Source of the DNA: Marinomonas arctica
Lineage (GTDB): Bacteria; Pseudomonadota; Gammaproteobacteria; Pseudomonadales; Marinomonadaceae
DNA length: 24,000 nucleotides
Direction: 5' to 3'
Assembly (NCBI RefSeq): GCF_003259225.1
Contig: NZ_QHJF01000015.1
Coordinates: 69,826-93,825, forward strand
Shown piece after piece: positions 15,197 through 23,611 of this stretch. The first letter of the stretch is position 1. Each line of letters begins with the position of its first letter. Both the position numbers and the translations under genes were made by a program. Below the pieces are notes generated by a model, which searched no databases, was not told the DNA's origin, and saw nothing but the letters and a program-made list of their open reading frames with translations.

Positions 15197-15802
15197 CTAG
15201 AGCTCTTCTGTCTTAAATTCGCTGTAGCCTTCGTAGTAGTAACTCACGTCAATGCCTTTCATAAAGACCGAGCGGTCGTGAATTTTATCGGTTAAGGCTT
15301 GTTTGAGTAGTACTTTAATTTCAACGTCTTTGACGACGCTGCGCTGCATCGAAGAAAGGTATTCGTCTTTATCGACGGCGTTCCAGTCTATTACCTGTTT
15401 GATTTCTTTTTTGAATATAAGGTCAAGCCAGATGCGAGTGGCGCGACCATTGCCTTCGCGAAATGGGTGGGCGATGTTCATCTCTACATATTTTTCGACG
15501 ATCTCGTCGAAATTGCTCTGGGGCATGGCATCGATGTGTTTCAGCGATGGCTCTAAATACATGAGGGGAGCAAAGCGGAAGCCTCCTTTGGCAATGTTGA
15601 CCTCACGAATCTTGCCTGCAAAGTGGTAGATATCGTCAAACAAATAGGCGTGAATAAAGGCGAGACCTCTAAAGGTGCCAATCTCAACTTTTTCGATGTC
15701 ACTGGAGTCAAACAGCTGTTTCGCTTTTTGCTTACTGATTTTTTCCTCTGCTTTCGCGAGTTCTATTTGGTCAGTGATATTGAGTTTGTTTTCCAATAGC
15801 AT
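15197..15802 (-). CDS. fic: Fic-domain AMP-transferase, class III (C-terminal autoinhibitory helix), NmFic-like
   Basis: 201 aa. The Fic active-site motif is HPFREGNGRATR (HxFx(D/E)GNGRxxR). The C-terminal SYYYEG matches the (S/T)xxxE(G/N) inhibitory motif. No small antitoxin ORF lies upstream. Confidence 0.9.
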   Translation of the reverse strand: MLLENKLNITDQIELAKAEEKISKQKAKQLFDSSDIEKVEIGTFRGLAFIHAYLFDDIYHFAGKIREVNIAKGGFRFAPLMYLEPSLKHIDAMPQSNFDEIVEKYVEMNIAHPFREGNGRATRIWLDLIFKKEIKQVIDWNAVDKDEYLSSMQRSVVKDVEIKVLLKQALTDKIHDRSVFMKGIDVSYYYEGYSEFKTEEL

Positions 15803-16067
15803 GTTACATGCCCTCTGTTTTTACTATGTCTGCTTTTGAACAACGGCTTTTAGTGTTTTACATCGAATAGCTGAGAATGATCCTTTATTCTACCGTAAAG
15901 TGCTCTTAGGCTTCATTGCTATTTTGGGAAAAATTACTGTTTGGGTCCGGTAGCTTGTTGTTGGCTTTAGATGTGTTGAAATACGTTCTGGGTTACTGAT
16001 GTGCCCAATAAAAAAGAGAAGCCATTCGACTTTTCTTTTTTATTTCTGAAGTGTGATTTACGCAAGG

Positions 16068-17081
16068 TTAGAATTTAATCAGTACTTTACCTATGTGTTT
16101 GGCTTGTGCGAAGTATTGGTAGGCTTGGGGCGCTTGGTCAAAGTCAAAAGTTTTAGCGATCAAGGCTTTGCGGTCGTTGGTGGCTAGGGCGTTGATGTAA
16201 TCAACAAACATGGCGCGACTGCCGTTGGCGATGCCTTTGATGACAATGTTTTTCAGGATAAACATGGTGTAGTTGGGTATAGGGGAGTTGCTCCCAGGTG
16301 CAACGCCGATGACCACGATTTGTCCATTGGCCGCTGCGGCATTAATGGAGTGGCCAAGTGTGTCCTGTCCGCCTGTTTCTAGAATGATGTCTGCCCCGTG
16401 ATTGTTGGTTTGCTTCATCAGTTCCGCGGCCCAGTCTGGGTGCGTTTTGTAGTCAATGGTGATGTCTGCGCCAAGTTTACGTGCCACGGCTAATTTTTCA
16501 TCGCTGGAAGAAGTGATGGCCACGCGTGCGCCATGCATTTTCGCGACGTTGAGTGCGGCTAAAGACACACCGCCAGTCCCTAAGCAAAGTACTGTGTCGC
16601 CTGCTTTTACTTTGGTTTTGCCTGTGAGGGCGTGCCACGCGGTGAGTCCGGCAGACGCCATGACGGCAGCGTCTTCATCGCTAATGTTATCCGGTAGGCG
16701 GATTAAGGCGGCCGCTGGCAATAAAACCTGTTCTGCAAGCCAACCATCGTGGGTGATGCCGATATCGTGATTAAAAATGTTGGTACTAAATGGGCCATCT
16801 AGCCAGTTGGCAAAATGCCCGCAAACCACACGATCGCCCACGCTGACTTCTGTTACGCCTTCGCCGATGGCAATCACATCACCAACGCCTTCTGTGCCAG
16901 GCACGCGCTTAGGATCTTGAAGTGGGCCATAAGTCCCTGTTAGTACTTGGATATCTCGGCTTATAAGGCTGACAAGACGTGGCGCAATGATGGCTTCACC
17001 AGGGCCTGCGACTGGCTCTGGGCGTGTGGTGGCGCTTAGGGTGTTGTTGCTGTGTTGTTTGCCAATTTGAAATGCTTTCAT
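16068..17081 (-). CDS. Zinc-type alcohol dehydrogenase / quinone oxidoreductase family protein (MDR superfamily)
   Basis: 337 aa. It has a GroES-like N-terminal domain (PGTEGVGDVIAIGEGVTEVSVGDRVV) and a Rossmann block (GDTVLCLGTGGVSLAALNVAKMHGARV). Confidence 0.85.
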   Translation of the reverse strand: MKAFQIGKQHSNNTLSATTRPEPVAGPGEAIIAPRLVSLISRDIQVLTGTYGPLQDPKRVPGTEGVGDVIAIGEGVTEVSVGDRVVCGHFANWLDGPFSTNIFNHDIGITHDGWLAEQVLLPAAALIRLPDNISDEDAAVMASAGLTAWHALTGKTKVKAGDTVLCLGTGGVSLAALNVAKMHGARVAITSSSDEKLAVARKLGADITIDYKTHPDWAAELMKQTNNHGADIILETGGQDTLGHSINAAAANGQIVVIGVAPGSNSPIPNYTMFILKNIVIKGIANGSRAMFVDYINALATNDRKALIAKTFDFDQAPQAYQYFAQAKHIGKVLIKF

Positions 17082-17283
17082 GAATGGGTAACCCTTATTG
17101 GTATATCGTCTTAGAATGGGCGCAAGTGTAACCTAGCGGAGTTTGGCGACTGTGTGGTAAATGAGTAAATACGCGGTAATTTATAAATAAAATTAATGTG
17201 AATGGCGGTATTAGTTTAGCGGTTGCTAAATAATAACGACGTTGTAAAGGGTATGAATAGTGTGTTTAACCAATCTCTAAAAC

Positions 17284-17320
17284 AAAAAAAACCAGCCGCT
17301 TTTTAGAGGGGCTGGTTTTG
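17284..17320 (-). terminator. Rho-independent terminator downstream of the OmpA-family gene (bidirectional shape)
   Basis: AAAACCAGCC (17288-17297) pairs with GGCTGGTTTT (17310-17319). On the minus strand the hairpin is followed by a run of 7 T (A-run 17284-17290 on plus). Confidence 0.7.
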
Positions 17321-17343
17321 GTTTAGCACAAATACTGAAGGGA

Positions 17344-17973
17344 TCAGTTTTTATTCAGTGCTGTATTGTTGAAGCTTTGATCTACGCTGTAAATAGTCCA
17401 GCGTTCATTAGCAAATTGTTGCTTGGCGAACACTTCAGCAACAACTCGGCGGTTTTCTCTTCTACCTTCTTCTGTGTCGTTACTGGCGACTGGGCGAGTT
17501 GCGCCATAGCCAATACCTTTTACTCGATCGGAAGCAATTCTGAAACTGTCTACCAGAACATTAGCAATAGCGGTAGCGCGTTGCTGTGAGAGTTCTTGGT
17601 TTAATTCCGCTGAACCTTGACTGTCAGTATGCCCTTCGATAACCACATTGCTGGTTGGATTATCTTGTAAAAATTTGGCCAGATCTTTGAGTTCCGTATA
17701 GAAACGGGGGTTGATATCCGCTTTGCCCGTATCAAACAAGACATTGAGTTCGACGGAAAGCAATTTTGTCGTTTGGTCAGGACAGCCGTAGTTATCTACT
17801 GCTGCATCTTTAGGTGTGTCAGGGCAAAGGTCGCGGGCATCAATAACGCCGTCTCTATCTGCATCAGCAAGACGTGACTGTACATTGGATGCGTACAGAC
17901 TTTCTGCAGCAACAGAATGACTAAAGGCGAAGAGCACTCCGATCAAGCTGATGCTTTTGATTAAAATAGTCAT
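17344..17973 (-). CDS. OmpA-family peptidoglycan-binding protein with thrombospondin type-3 Ca-binding repeats
   Basis: 209 aa. It has a signal peptide (MTILIKSISLIGVLFAFSHSVAA/E), TSP3-like DADRDGVIDARDLCPDTP and an OmpA_C block NVVIEGHTDSQGSAELNQELSQQRATAIANVL...GYGATRPVASNDTEEGRRENRRV. Confidence 0.9.
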   Translation of the reverse strand: MTILIKSISLIGVLFAFSHSVAAESLYASNVQSRLADADRDGVIDARDLCPDTPKDAAVDNYGCPDQTTKLLSVELNVLFDTGKADINPRFYTELKDLAKFLQDNPTSNVVIEGHTDSQGSAELNQELSQQRATAIANVLVDSFRIASDRVKGIGYGATRPVASNDTEEGRRENRRVVAEVFAKQQFANERWTIYSVDQSFNNTALNKN

Positions 17974-18093
17974 TGCGTTATTGCTACCCTCGTTATTACT
18001 TGTATTGTCTCAGCTTAAGAAAAAACAGTTTCAATAACCATGAGATTTTTGTAGCTTTCTTTAAGCAAACGGTTGCTTTGTAATGAAATGTAA

Positions 18094-18516
18094 CTACCAG
18101 CTGCCAATATTCTCCATTGATGCCCATGGTTCTGCTATTTCAAGAGAGCCATCTTTCTGGAGCAGTTCAATTGAAATGCCATTAGGGTCTTTAATAAACG
18201 CCATGTGTCCATCACGTGGTGGTCTTAGTATGGTAACGCCTAAAGATTGCAGCTTTTCACACACTTGATAAATGTTTTCGACTTCAAACGCCAAGTGACC
18301 AAACTGATCGCCACCTGTGTAGGTACGATCGCTCCAGTTATGAGTTAGCTCGACTTCTGGTGCGCCTTTTTCAGTCGCGTAGTAAATAAGAGAAAACTGG
18401 CCTTTTTCACTGTCCATGCGTCTGGTTTGGATAAGGCCTAAGCCTTCTGTGTAAAAAGTGTGACTTTCCTCTGGTTTATCTGTTCTGATCATGGCGTGTA
18501 GGTATCGAATAGACAT
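18094..18516 (-). CDS. gloA: Lactoylglutathione lyase (glyoxalase I)-like VOC family protein
   Basis: 140 aa. The GloA metal-ligand pattern is conserved in order: HAMIRT, ELTHNW, GHLAFEV and FIKDPNGISIELL. Confidence 0.7.
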   Translation of the reverse strand: MSIRYLHAMIRTDKPEESHTFYTEGLGLIQTRRMDSEKGQFSLIYYATEKGAPEVELTHNWSDRTYTGGDQFGHLAFEVENIYQVCEKLQSLGVTILRPPRDGHMAFIKDPNGISIELLQKDGSLEIAEPWASMENIGSW

Positions 18517-18609
18517 GATAACTCCCTAATATGATGAATAAATGTTGTGGCATTATTGCAGGATCAGAGAGGTAATTCAAAGCGAACCCAAAAGACTCAC
18601 TTTAGATTC

Positions 18610-18930
18610 TTATTCTTCCCAGACCCAGCGAATAGGGTCGCCAAAGTCATCATAGAGGATTTTTTTCTTAGGGCGCTTTTTTGGTGAAGAGGTGGTTGGT
18701 GGTGATTTGCTGTGTTTTCGTTGTTGAATAGCCGCAACAACATGATTTAATGGTGTGCGATCTTGTTTTGGTTCGTTAAAGCCTATGTGGCTCGTGTTAT
18801 ACTTACCATCTACTAAACCAGATTCACCCATGTCGACTTGTTGGATGGTTCCGTTCTTCTTGATAAATTGATCTACCAGAGATTCCAGTTCTTTTCGCGT
18901 GTCTCTCTTTGTGGTTTTTGGTTTTATCAT
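18610..18930 (-). CDS. Hypothetical basic protein with an SPKK-like Ser/Pro/Lys tract
   Basis: The track ORF starts at TTG 18960 with no SD. ATG 18930 (MIKPKTTKRD...) is more plausible and gives 106 aa. It contains KHSKSPPTTSSPKKRPKKK. I recognise no family. It is read divergently from ndpA. Confidence 0.5.
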   Translation of the reverse strand: MIKPKTTKRDTRKELESLVDQFIKKNGTIQQVDMGESGLVDGKYNTSHIGFNEPKQDRTPLNHVVAAIQQRKHSKSPPTTSSPKKRPKKKILYDDFGDPIRWVWEE

Positions 18931-19015
18931 AGTATTTTGGTTTGGGAAGATCCTATACAAGTGTATGGGTTAAAAAATGATCGTAATCATCCATATTAAA
19001 CGTAAGAGGTAGCTG

Positions 19016-20044
19016 GTGTCTATTAGCAACTTAATTGTGCATGAGATTCAAAAGCATGAAGGTGAGCGTAAAGCGATACTGATTGCACGTCCAAATGAAA
19101 ACCCAGTTGACGGGCAAGCTGAGGCATTGTCTGCTCAGGTGACGAATCTCTTTAATCGATCTGGAATGAACACCGGGCGTTTTGTGAATCCTCAAGGAAG
19201 CGAAGAGGGGGCTCAATTACCAGCCTTGCTGTTTAAGCATTTTAAAAACGATACTTTTGTGGATTTTGCCAGTTTTACAAAAGAGTGTGCGGCGGATTAC
19301 CTTAAGTATCTAGAACCTGTGGAAGAGGCGGAAGGCGGTCTGTTGTGGTTCAATCATTATGAGCTGCATGATACGCATTTTTTGTACATAGTGATGTTAA
19401 AGCGTAAAAAAGGCATTGGTCTCGGTGCGGATCTTAGTTTGTCGCAAATTGAGCAAATTGAGATGGAAAAGTTACACATGTCGTTGCGCATTAATTTGAC
19501 CGCGTGGCAAGCTGGCGATGAAGGGCGTTATATTTCGTTTCGCTTTGGGCGTGCACCCAAATCTGAAAGTGAGTATTTCACGCAGTTTATTGGTTGTGAC
19601 GAACCGAAAGTGGCGGCCAAAGAAACTCGCAAGCTGGTGGATTTGACCGCGGCCTTTTGTCAGTCTGAAGGCTTACCTTCTAAGCAGGCAAATGAATTTA
19701 AAAAAGTGGTTTCCGAGCATTGCCAAGCAAAAGCGCAAGATCGTGAACCTTTAGCCATTAAGGATATTGCCTCTCAGGTGGAATCTCGGTTTTCCATTGA
19801 GCAAGCGAATAAGTTTTTAGAAATCGCTGACTCTGATAGTTTTAAAATGGAAAAGGAGATTTTCGTCGAGAAAGCGGCACTGAAAAAACTGACTCGCTTG
19901 TCTGGTAGTTCACGTGCGTTGACGATGAGTTTTGACAGTGACTTACTTGGTGAGTCCATCGTGTTTGATGCAGACTCTGGCACACTGACCATAAAGGAAT
20001 TGCCGAAGAGTCTGCTGAAACAGCTGCAGTCCATGTCTAATTAG
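19016..20044 (+). CDS. ndpA: Nucleoid-associated protein NdpA/YejK family
   Basis: 342 aa. The start is GTG 19016 with AAGAGG upstream. The N-terminal LIVHEIQK, central YLYIVMLK-like FLYIVMLKRKKG, and C-terminal SGSSRALTMSFDSDLLGESIVFDADSGTLTIKELPKSLLKQLQ parallel E. coli YejK. Confidence 0.85.
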   Translation: MSISNLIVHEIQKHEGERKAILIARPNENPVDGQAEALSAQVTNLFNRSGMNTGRFVNPQGSEEGAQLPALLFKHFKNDTFVDFASFTKECAADYLKYLEPVEEAEGGLLWFNHYELHDTHFLYIVMLKRKKGIGLGADLSLSQIEQIEMEKLHMSLRINLTAWQAGDEGRYISFRFGRAPKSESEYFTQFIGCDEPKVAAKETRKLVDLTAAFCQSEGLPSKQANEFKKVVSEHCQAKAQDREPLAIKDIASQVESRFSIEQANKFLEIADSDSFKMEKEIFVEKAALKKLTRLSGSSRALTMSFDSDLLGESIVFDADSGTLTIKELPKSLLKQLQSMSN

Positions 20045-20081
20045 AGCGTTGTGTGCTCTCTATTGATAAGTAGAGGGCTGG

Positions 20082-20726
20082 TTAAATTCCTAAAAGACGC
20101 TCTAGGTCTTTCATAGTATTAAAGCATTCGGTCGCGCCGGCGGCCGTTTGCATTTTGGCGTCAAGCGTTTCACTGAAGGCGAGTACTCGCATTCCCGCGG
20201 CTTTGCCCGCTGTAATGCCTGCCACAGAATCCTCGATGACCAAACAGTCTTTAGGTTCAACATTTAGTGCTTTGGCAGCGGTTAAATACAGGTCTGGTGC
20301 GGGTTTGCCATTTTCCACGTCTTCAACGCAAAAGCGAGTAGAGAAGCGATCTGCTAATTGAATTTTATTCAGTTTAAAATTCATTTCTTGACGTCGTGCG
20401 TTCGTCGCCATGGCAATAGGAACAGAGATTTTGCTGAGTAATTCACGAACGCCAGCAATGGGTTCTAGGTCCGCTTCGATAATCGCGTGAAAACGCTGTC
20501 TGTAATCTTTATCAAATGTCGCGGGTAACGGCTTACCAAGCAGTTTTTCGGCGTTGATGAGGTTTTCTTTGTTCGTGAACCCAGTGAATTTCGCGTGTAA
20601 TGTCTCATCGTCGAGTTCAAGGCCGCATTCACTTAACATGGATTTTAGAATGGAATTAGAGATGTTTTCTGTATCGACAATAACGCCGTCGCAATCAAAG
20701 ATGATGGCTTTGTAAGAATAAGTCAT
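20082..20726 (-). CDS. HAD-superfamily hydrolase, subfamily IA (beta-phosphoglucomutase/phosphatase-like)
   Basis: 214 aa. Motif I is IFDCDGVIVDTE, motif II is MATNA, and motifs III/IV are GKPAPDLY ... VIEDSVAGITAGKAAGM. Confidence 0.85.
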   Translation of the reverse strand: MTYSYKAIIFDCDGVIVDTENISNSILKSMLSECGLELDDETLHAKFTGFTNKENLINAEKLLGKPLPATFDKDYRQRFHAIIEADLEPIAGVRELLSKISVPIAMATNARRQEMNFKLNKIQLADRFSTRFCVEDVENGKPAPDLYLTAAKALNVEPKDCLVIEDSVAGITAGKAAGMRVLAFSETLDAKMQTAAGATECFNTMKDLERLLGI

Positions 20727-20883
20727 AAATAAAACAGTTTCGTTGTGAATGAGGGCTGATCATAACGAATTTTGAGGAGGTTAAGGAAGGGAGGGAGGTT
20801 TTATTATTTTTCTCCCCTTAAAAAAAACTAACGCTTTACGCTATACTAGCACCCCATTGTTGTGGGGTTTATTCTTTTTGCAC

Positions 20884-21075
20884 TTAGTTACTTGCTTGAC
20901 CAAGTTGCTGTGGGCGAGCGTTTTGTTTTTTGATCGCTTTGAATGCGTTTTTGAAGAAAGTAACAACCGCTTTGATACGACGAGCACGTCTTTGACGGCG
21001 AGCGTGATCTTCAACAGTGGTGTCGGCATAGCCCCATTTTGCTAGTAATGCTTCGTATTGTTGTTGAGAGTCCAT
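20884..21075 (-). CDS. Small hypothetical Arg/Lys-rich protein (63 aa)
   Basis: GGAGA lies 6 nt upstream of ATG 21075 (MDSQQQYEALLAKWGY...RRQRRARRIK...). The earlier ATG 21087 of the track has no SD. I recognise no family. Confidence 0.45.
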   Translation of the reverse strand: MDSQQQYEALLAKWGYADTTVEDHARRQRRARRIKAVVTFFKNAFKAIKKQNARPQQLGQASN

Positions 21076-21236
21076 AGTATTCTCCAAGTTGGTTATTTAA
21101 GAAATGTTGTTTTATTACAACAATGCTAATATTAGAGAAGCTTGACCGATTGAACAAACGATCCTTTTTCACTTGTTAGGTTAGTTTTTTTCATCATTTT
21201 ATTTGTTGGCATTTTCATTCACCAAAGGACATTTCC

Positions 21237-21719
21237 TTGTACCAATCGTTAGAACATTTTTCAAAAAACTGGATTTTTAAACGTAATGATCCAAAAGTAG
21301 AGCCAGAAGATTTACAGGCTATTCGCTTGCTAAGTGAGCAGCGTGCAGGGCAGATTTGGCGAGATTACATTAGTGATGAACAAGTGCATCCAGATCATTT
21401 TACAGAGCGCGATTGGTTGAAAAAAACCACGTCACAGCTCCCTGTGACTAAGCTTCAATGGGAAAAAGCGTGGGACAGTGATCGGGCTGAATTACCTGAT
21501 GAGCTTTTAGTGCATTTTTCTGCTTGGGGCGACGATACCACGGTGTTTTTTTGCTGTCATAATGAGTTGGTGTTTGAACTTTCCTGGGGCGTATTTAAGC
21601 GCACTTGGAAGGCGTTTTTGTTTTTGGATAATGGGCCGATTTTAGTCGGTAAAAAGAAAAAGCAAGCCGCACAGTTTTATTCAAACGGTTGGGCGAATCT
21701 ACTTTTCAGAGAGTCTTGA
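21237..21719 (+). CDS. Hypothetical 160-aa cytoplasmic protein (Trp-rich; family not recognised)
   Basis: The start is TTG 21237 with AAAGGA 7 nt upstream. The ORF has coding-like composition. No competing ORF exists. Confidence 0.55.
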   Translation: MYQSLEHFSKNWIFKRNDPKVEPEDLQAIRLLSEQRAGQIWRDYISDEQVHPDHFTERDWLKKTTSQLPVTKLQWEKAWDSDRAELPDELLVHFSAWGDDTTVFFCCHNELVFELSWGVFKRTWKAFLFLDNGPILVGKKKKQAAQFYSNGWANLLFRES

Positions 21720-21753
21720 TTTCGATTGAAACAAAAAATCTCGTCATTGAGTT

Positions 21754-22464
21754 TCAGATTTGGGCGCTGCCACCACGTTGTCGACTGATCAGGCAGTGCT
21801 CGTTAAATGCTTTATAGTAGTTGAGCAGTTGTTGGCCGTGATCTTTGTGTCCCAATGTGTCCAAGAGCATGGCTGTGACTTCCGCGGTGGCAAATTGCAT
21901 TTCATGACTGGAGTGTCGAACAAGAAAAGAGCGTTGTGCTTCACTGTTAATTTCAAAGTGTGGGATATCTTTTAACCAATGACTCTGGTGAAACATTTTA
22001 CTGGCTTGTTTCCAGGTTCCATCCAAGATAATGAAGGTGTGTTTTGTCTCCCCGTTGGTGTTTGATGGGATCACGCTTCTAAACGGTCTGTGTTGCTCTC
22101 TGGCTGTTTCCGTATTGGGGAACAATATAGTGCAGTTGCCTTGTTTGCTTGTTATGTGGTCAAGCAATGCTTGTTGTGGCTCAGTTCTACTCCACAGATA
22201 AGCTTGAGTGTCATCTGGGAATAAATCGGCAATGAGTCGACCGCTGTTGGTCGGTTTGTGAATTTCGTCACGATGGAAAAGCAAAATAAATTCCACAGGT
22301 GAAGAGTGGTTTTCCCTTAAATGGCAAAAACAAGCAAACTCCGTCATTAGGCAATGGGTGCAGCGAATAGCTCTGGAACCTCTTGCTATGAAGGGGCGAA
22401 TCGATTCTGTTTTACACAACTCGCGTAGTAGATCGACACAATGCTTGTTTGGTGCTGTTCTCAT
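21754..22464 (-). CDS. tapT: DTW-domain tRNA-uridine aminocarboxypropyltransferase (YfiP/TapT-like)
   Basis: 236 aa. It has an N-terminal Cys cluster (RCTHCLMTEFACFCH), KPTNSGRLIADLFPD, WSRTEP, the DTW motif ILDGTWKQASKMF, and TAEVTAMLLD. It is collinear with E. coli YfiP as I recall it. Confidence 0.8.
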   Translation of the reverse strand: MRTAPNKHCVDLLRELCKTESIRPFIARGSRAIRCTHCLMTEFACFCHLRENHSSPVEFILLFHRDEIHKPTNSGRLIADLFPDDTQAYLWSRTEPQQALLDHITSKQGNCTILFPNTETAREQHRPFRSVIPSNTNGETKHTFIILDGTWKQASKMFHQSHWLKDIPHFEINSEAQRSFLVRHSSHEMQFATAEVTAMLLDTLGHKDHGQQLLNYYKAFNEHCLISRQRGGSAQI

Positions 22465-22764
22465 GGATAAAATCTTCTGTTTTGACGGCGCGCTATTATC
22501 GGTTTTTTGTTTTGGATGTCTAGGTAAACTTTTCGCGTTTTGCGCAAGGATATGCGGAAGGAGAAAGGGGGAATTAATGACGAACAGTGGCTTAATTGTT
22601 TAAATTTGTTAATAAATATTGCTTATCTTTAGTCTTTGTTGTCGAAAAGTTTACGGAAAATATGCAAATACAAAGGAATGCGTTGAAACGGGCTTGTTGC
22701 TTCTGTTCGTTGTCATCAAGTCACGATATGGTGTGAGATATTATTTTTTCGTTATGAGTTGTCT

Positions 22765-23529
22765 ATGAGTCGTTATATCTCTCCGGTTTTATACATTCTT
22801 CTCATGTTAGTAGGGTGTGTTGCATTTGTATCTATTGCCGGTGTTCGAGTTGGAATGTTTGAGCCAATAACTGGCTTCTCTATGCTACGAAAAAGTGTGT
22901 TTGCTTCGTTATTTTTGTCTCTATTAGCTGCTTTATCATTAGGCGCTTGTCGTAAAGAATGTAATCTCGCTAGTCGACGTTTTTTTATTCTCGTACTCCT
23001 CATTTCGCTGGTTTACAGTCTTATGTGGATTGGCTTTTATTTACAGCGTGCCAGCCTACCCGATATCAATGACATCACAACTGACACCGAAGTCCCTCCC
23101 ACTTTTCTTAACGTGAATTTTATCCGCAGCTCCCAAGAGAATGAATTAAGCTACAACAGTGAATGGGCACCGATTCAAGCTAAACATTATCCTGATGTTC
23201 AGCCCTTGTTTTCCTCCGAGGAAAAATCAGTGGTTTACAGCGCAGCGGTAACCCTAGTTGAAGAGCGCGGTTGGGACGTTGTTGCACTGTACGCTGGCGC
23301 AGGCATTATCGAAGCGACGGCTCGTACGCCGATTTTTGGTTTCCGCGACGATGTCGTCATTCGTATTACTCAGATAGACAAGAGCCAAGTTCGAGTGGAT
23401 ATGCGTTCTTGCTCAAGGGTGGGAAGTGGCGATTTTGGGGTGAATGCTGAGCGTATTGAATCCTTCATGAAAGACCTGTCCGATTCTTTGAATAAACCCA
23501 GCATGCCTAGTGTGAATTCCTTACGCTAA
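22765..23529 (+). CDS. DUF1499-family membrane-anchored protein
   Basis: There are three N-terminal TM segments, then a C-terminal block ARTPIFGFRDDVVIRI ... VDMRSCSRVGSGDFGVNAERI typical of DUF1499. ATG 22765 is preferred over the track start TTG 22759. Confidence 0.7.
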   Translation: MSRYISPVLYILLMLVGCVAFVSIAGVRVGMFEPITGFSMLRKSVFASLFLSLLAALSLGACRKECNLASRRFFILVLLISLVYSLMWIGFYLQRASLPDINDITTDTEVPPTFLNVNFIRSSQENELSYNSEWAPIQAKHYPDVQPLFSSEEKSVVYSAAVTLVEERGWDVVALYAGAGIIEATARTPIFGFRDDVVIRITQIDKSQVRVDMRSCSRVGSGDFGVNAERIESFMKDLSDSLNKPSMPSVNSLR

Positions 23530-23611
23530 CGTTCCATATAGTAAATTGCACTCGTCATTGAAAATCAGACAGGCTAGACTCTCGTAACTTCTTACTTAGG
23601 GGAACGTGAAA

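Noticed and set aside
15803-16067. Upstream small antitoxin (class I FicA/YhfG-like) for the fic gene, and an A6-GAGAAG...CTTTTC-T6 hairpin at about 16010-16045 as a terminator
   Set aside because: The longest minus-strand ORFs here are under 10 codons, which is consistent with class III self-inhibition. The hairpin has only a 6-bp stem with a mismatch or wobble, which is too weak to annotate.
13547-16770. Plus-strand track ORFs 13547-13768, 15303-15629 and 16456-16770
   Set aside because: They are antisense shadows of darG, fic and the MDR oxidoreductase. None has a start context or motifs.
20841-21045. Alternative ORFs 20841-21029 (-) and 20857-21045 (+) overlapping the small basic-protein gene
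   Set aside because: They are overlapping frames of the same region. Only the 20884-21075 frame has an SD (GGAGA) and a plausible start. The others are hydrophobic or low-complexity artefacts.
22358-22603. 81-aa plus-strand ORF overlapping the tapT start and its upstream region
   Set aside because: It overlaps the tapT 5' end antisense, has no SD, and has a Cys/Phe/Leu-rich junk-like composition.
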